Source: Lama glama (Eukaryota). From it: a stretch of 64,000 nucleotides of DNA. This document shows positions 63,201 through 64,000 of the stretch, in pieces. The notes below the pieces were generated by a model. It saw nothing but the letters and a program-made list of their open reading frames with translations. It was not told where the DNA came from and did no database searches. The position numbers and the translations under genes were made by a program. The first letter of the stretch is position 1, and every line of letters begins with the position of its first letter. The stretch spans positions 56,174,001 through 56,238,000 of the forward strand of contig CM052816.1 of NCBI GenBank assembly GCA_028534125.1, written 5' to 3'.

Positions 63201-63697
63201 AAGAATGAATTCCCAGTTCTAATCACCCAGAATAGAGGAGTTCAGCCCGACGCTGGTGCCCAGCACTCAAAGGACACAAATACATTTTTACACACAACTT
63301 TCCACTAAATGGCATTATCCAGAAGTCCACTGTACTTGTATGTACCAGTCAGGAGCAGTTGGAAATTGGAAATTAAAAAGTCACACTATAATCCAATTCA
63401 ATTCACAAAATACATGTACAGTGGTAATACATACAACGGATTTAGGAAGCAACTGAAATTTAAAAATATGACCATGCCAATTTGGACACAATTTTAAGAA
63501 CAGCCTCAAAGTTTCTCGTAACATACTTCAAACATACACAGTTACAAAGACATAAAACGCAGAAGGTAGCAAACCAAAATCTGGACAACTGAGTATCAGT
63601 TTAGACCTCTTGTTTGTGCTCAGAGAGACAAAAAACTGACCTAGACAACGCCGATGACTTCTTGTATTGATTATCTTTTTCCTTATCCTTGTATTTT

Positions 63698-63806
63698 CAT
63701 TTTTTAATAATTTACTTCAAAAAACTTCAGGGAGGTACTGGGGGTTGAACCCAGGACACCACGCATGCTAAGCACACGCTCTACCACTGAGCTATACCCT
63801 CCCCAC
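63698..63806 (-). mobile_element. tRNA-Ala-derived camelid SINE (Vic-1 type) with TSD
   Basis: rc GGGGAGGGTATAGCTCAGTGGTAGAGCGTGTGCTTAGCATGCGTGGTGTCCTGGGTTCAACCCCCAGTACCTCC; 11-bp TSD ccttgtatttt at 63687-63697 and 63807-63817; TT/AAAA endonuclease site. Confidence 0.9.
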
Positions 63807-64000
63807 CCTTGTATTTTTAATAAATAGCCAGCTTAAAAAAATTCTCCCCTTTTTGAAAGAGGATTGCTGGGAGGAACTGAGGCCTCATTTTCCTCAGTTT
63901 TTATCTCTGGGTTAGGGTGAAGTGTTGAAGTGGGCACTGGATTAAGTGCCTGAGAATCTCCTTCAAGAATTAAGGACTGCTCTCCTGGCCCCCGGGGGTG

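Noticed and set aside
28822..63806. Four tRNA-Ala(AGC)-like sequences as tRNA genes
   Set aside because: They have A-rich tails, scattered mutations and, in two cases, TSDs, and three lie in or next to L1 ends: tRNA-derived SINEs.
32000..64000. A second HEXB copy or ENC1 coding exon upstream
   Set aside because: No GH20 motifs and no long BTB-kelch ORF found in any frame.

Overview
Mammalian genomic DNA, almost certainly camelid (four tRNA-Ala-derived SINEs of the Vic-1 type plus recent LINE-1 3' ends). The left half holds a complete, intact 14-exon HEXB gene (lysosomal beta-hexosaminidase beta subunit, GH20) on the minus strand. Its CDS runs 31525 to 2038, 1599 nt spliced = 532 aa, all introns GT-AG, with catalytic D-E and six disulfide cysteines intact. 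It lies tail-to-tail with the last two coding exons of GFM2 (+ strand), and their poly(A) signals form one near-palindrome. The right half (~32-64 kb) is gene-free, repeat-rich sequence upstream of HEXB (in human, ENC1 lies further out in this direction) with several candidate enhancer motif clusters. There are two 500-N assembly gaps. I see no new gene system. The most interesting observations are: (i) HEXB carries an alpha-subunit-like GM2-activator loop and an extra Arg beside the active site; (ii) a TSD-flanked, ORF1-only 'half-L1'-like element in intron 5; (iii) the palindromic bidirectional poly(A) element. Human/alpha reference sequences are recalled from memory and repeat family names are pattern-based; both need confirming by alignment.
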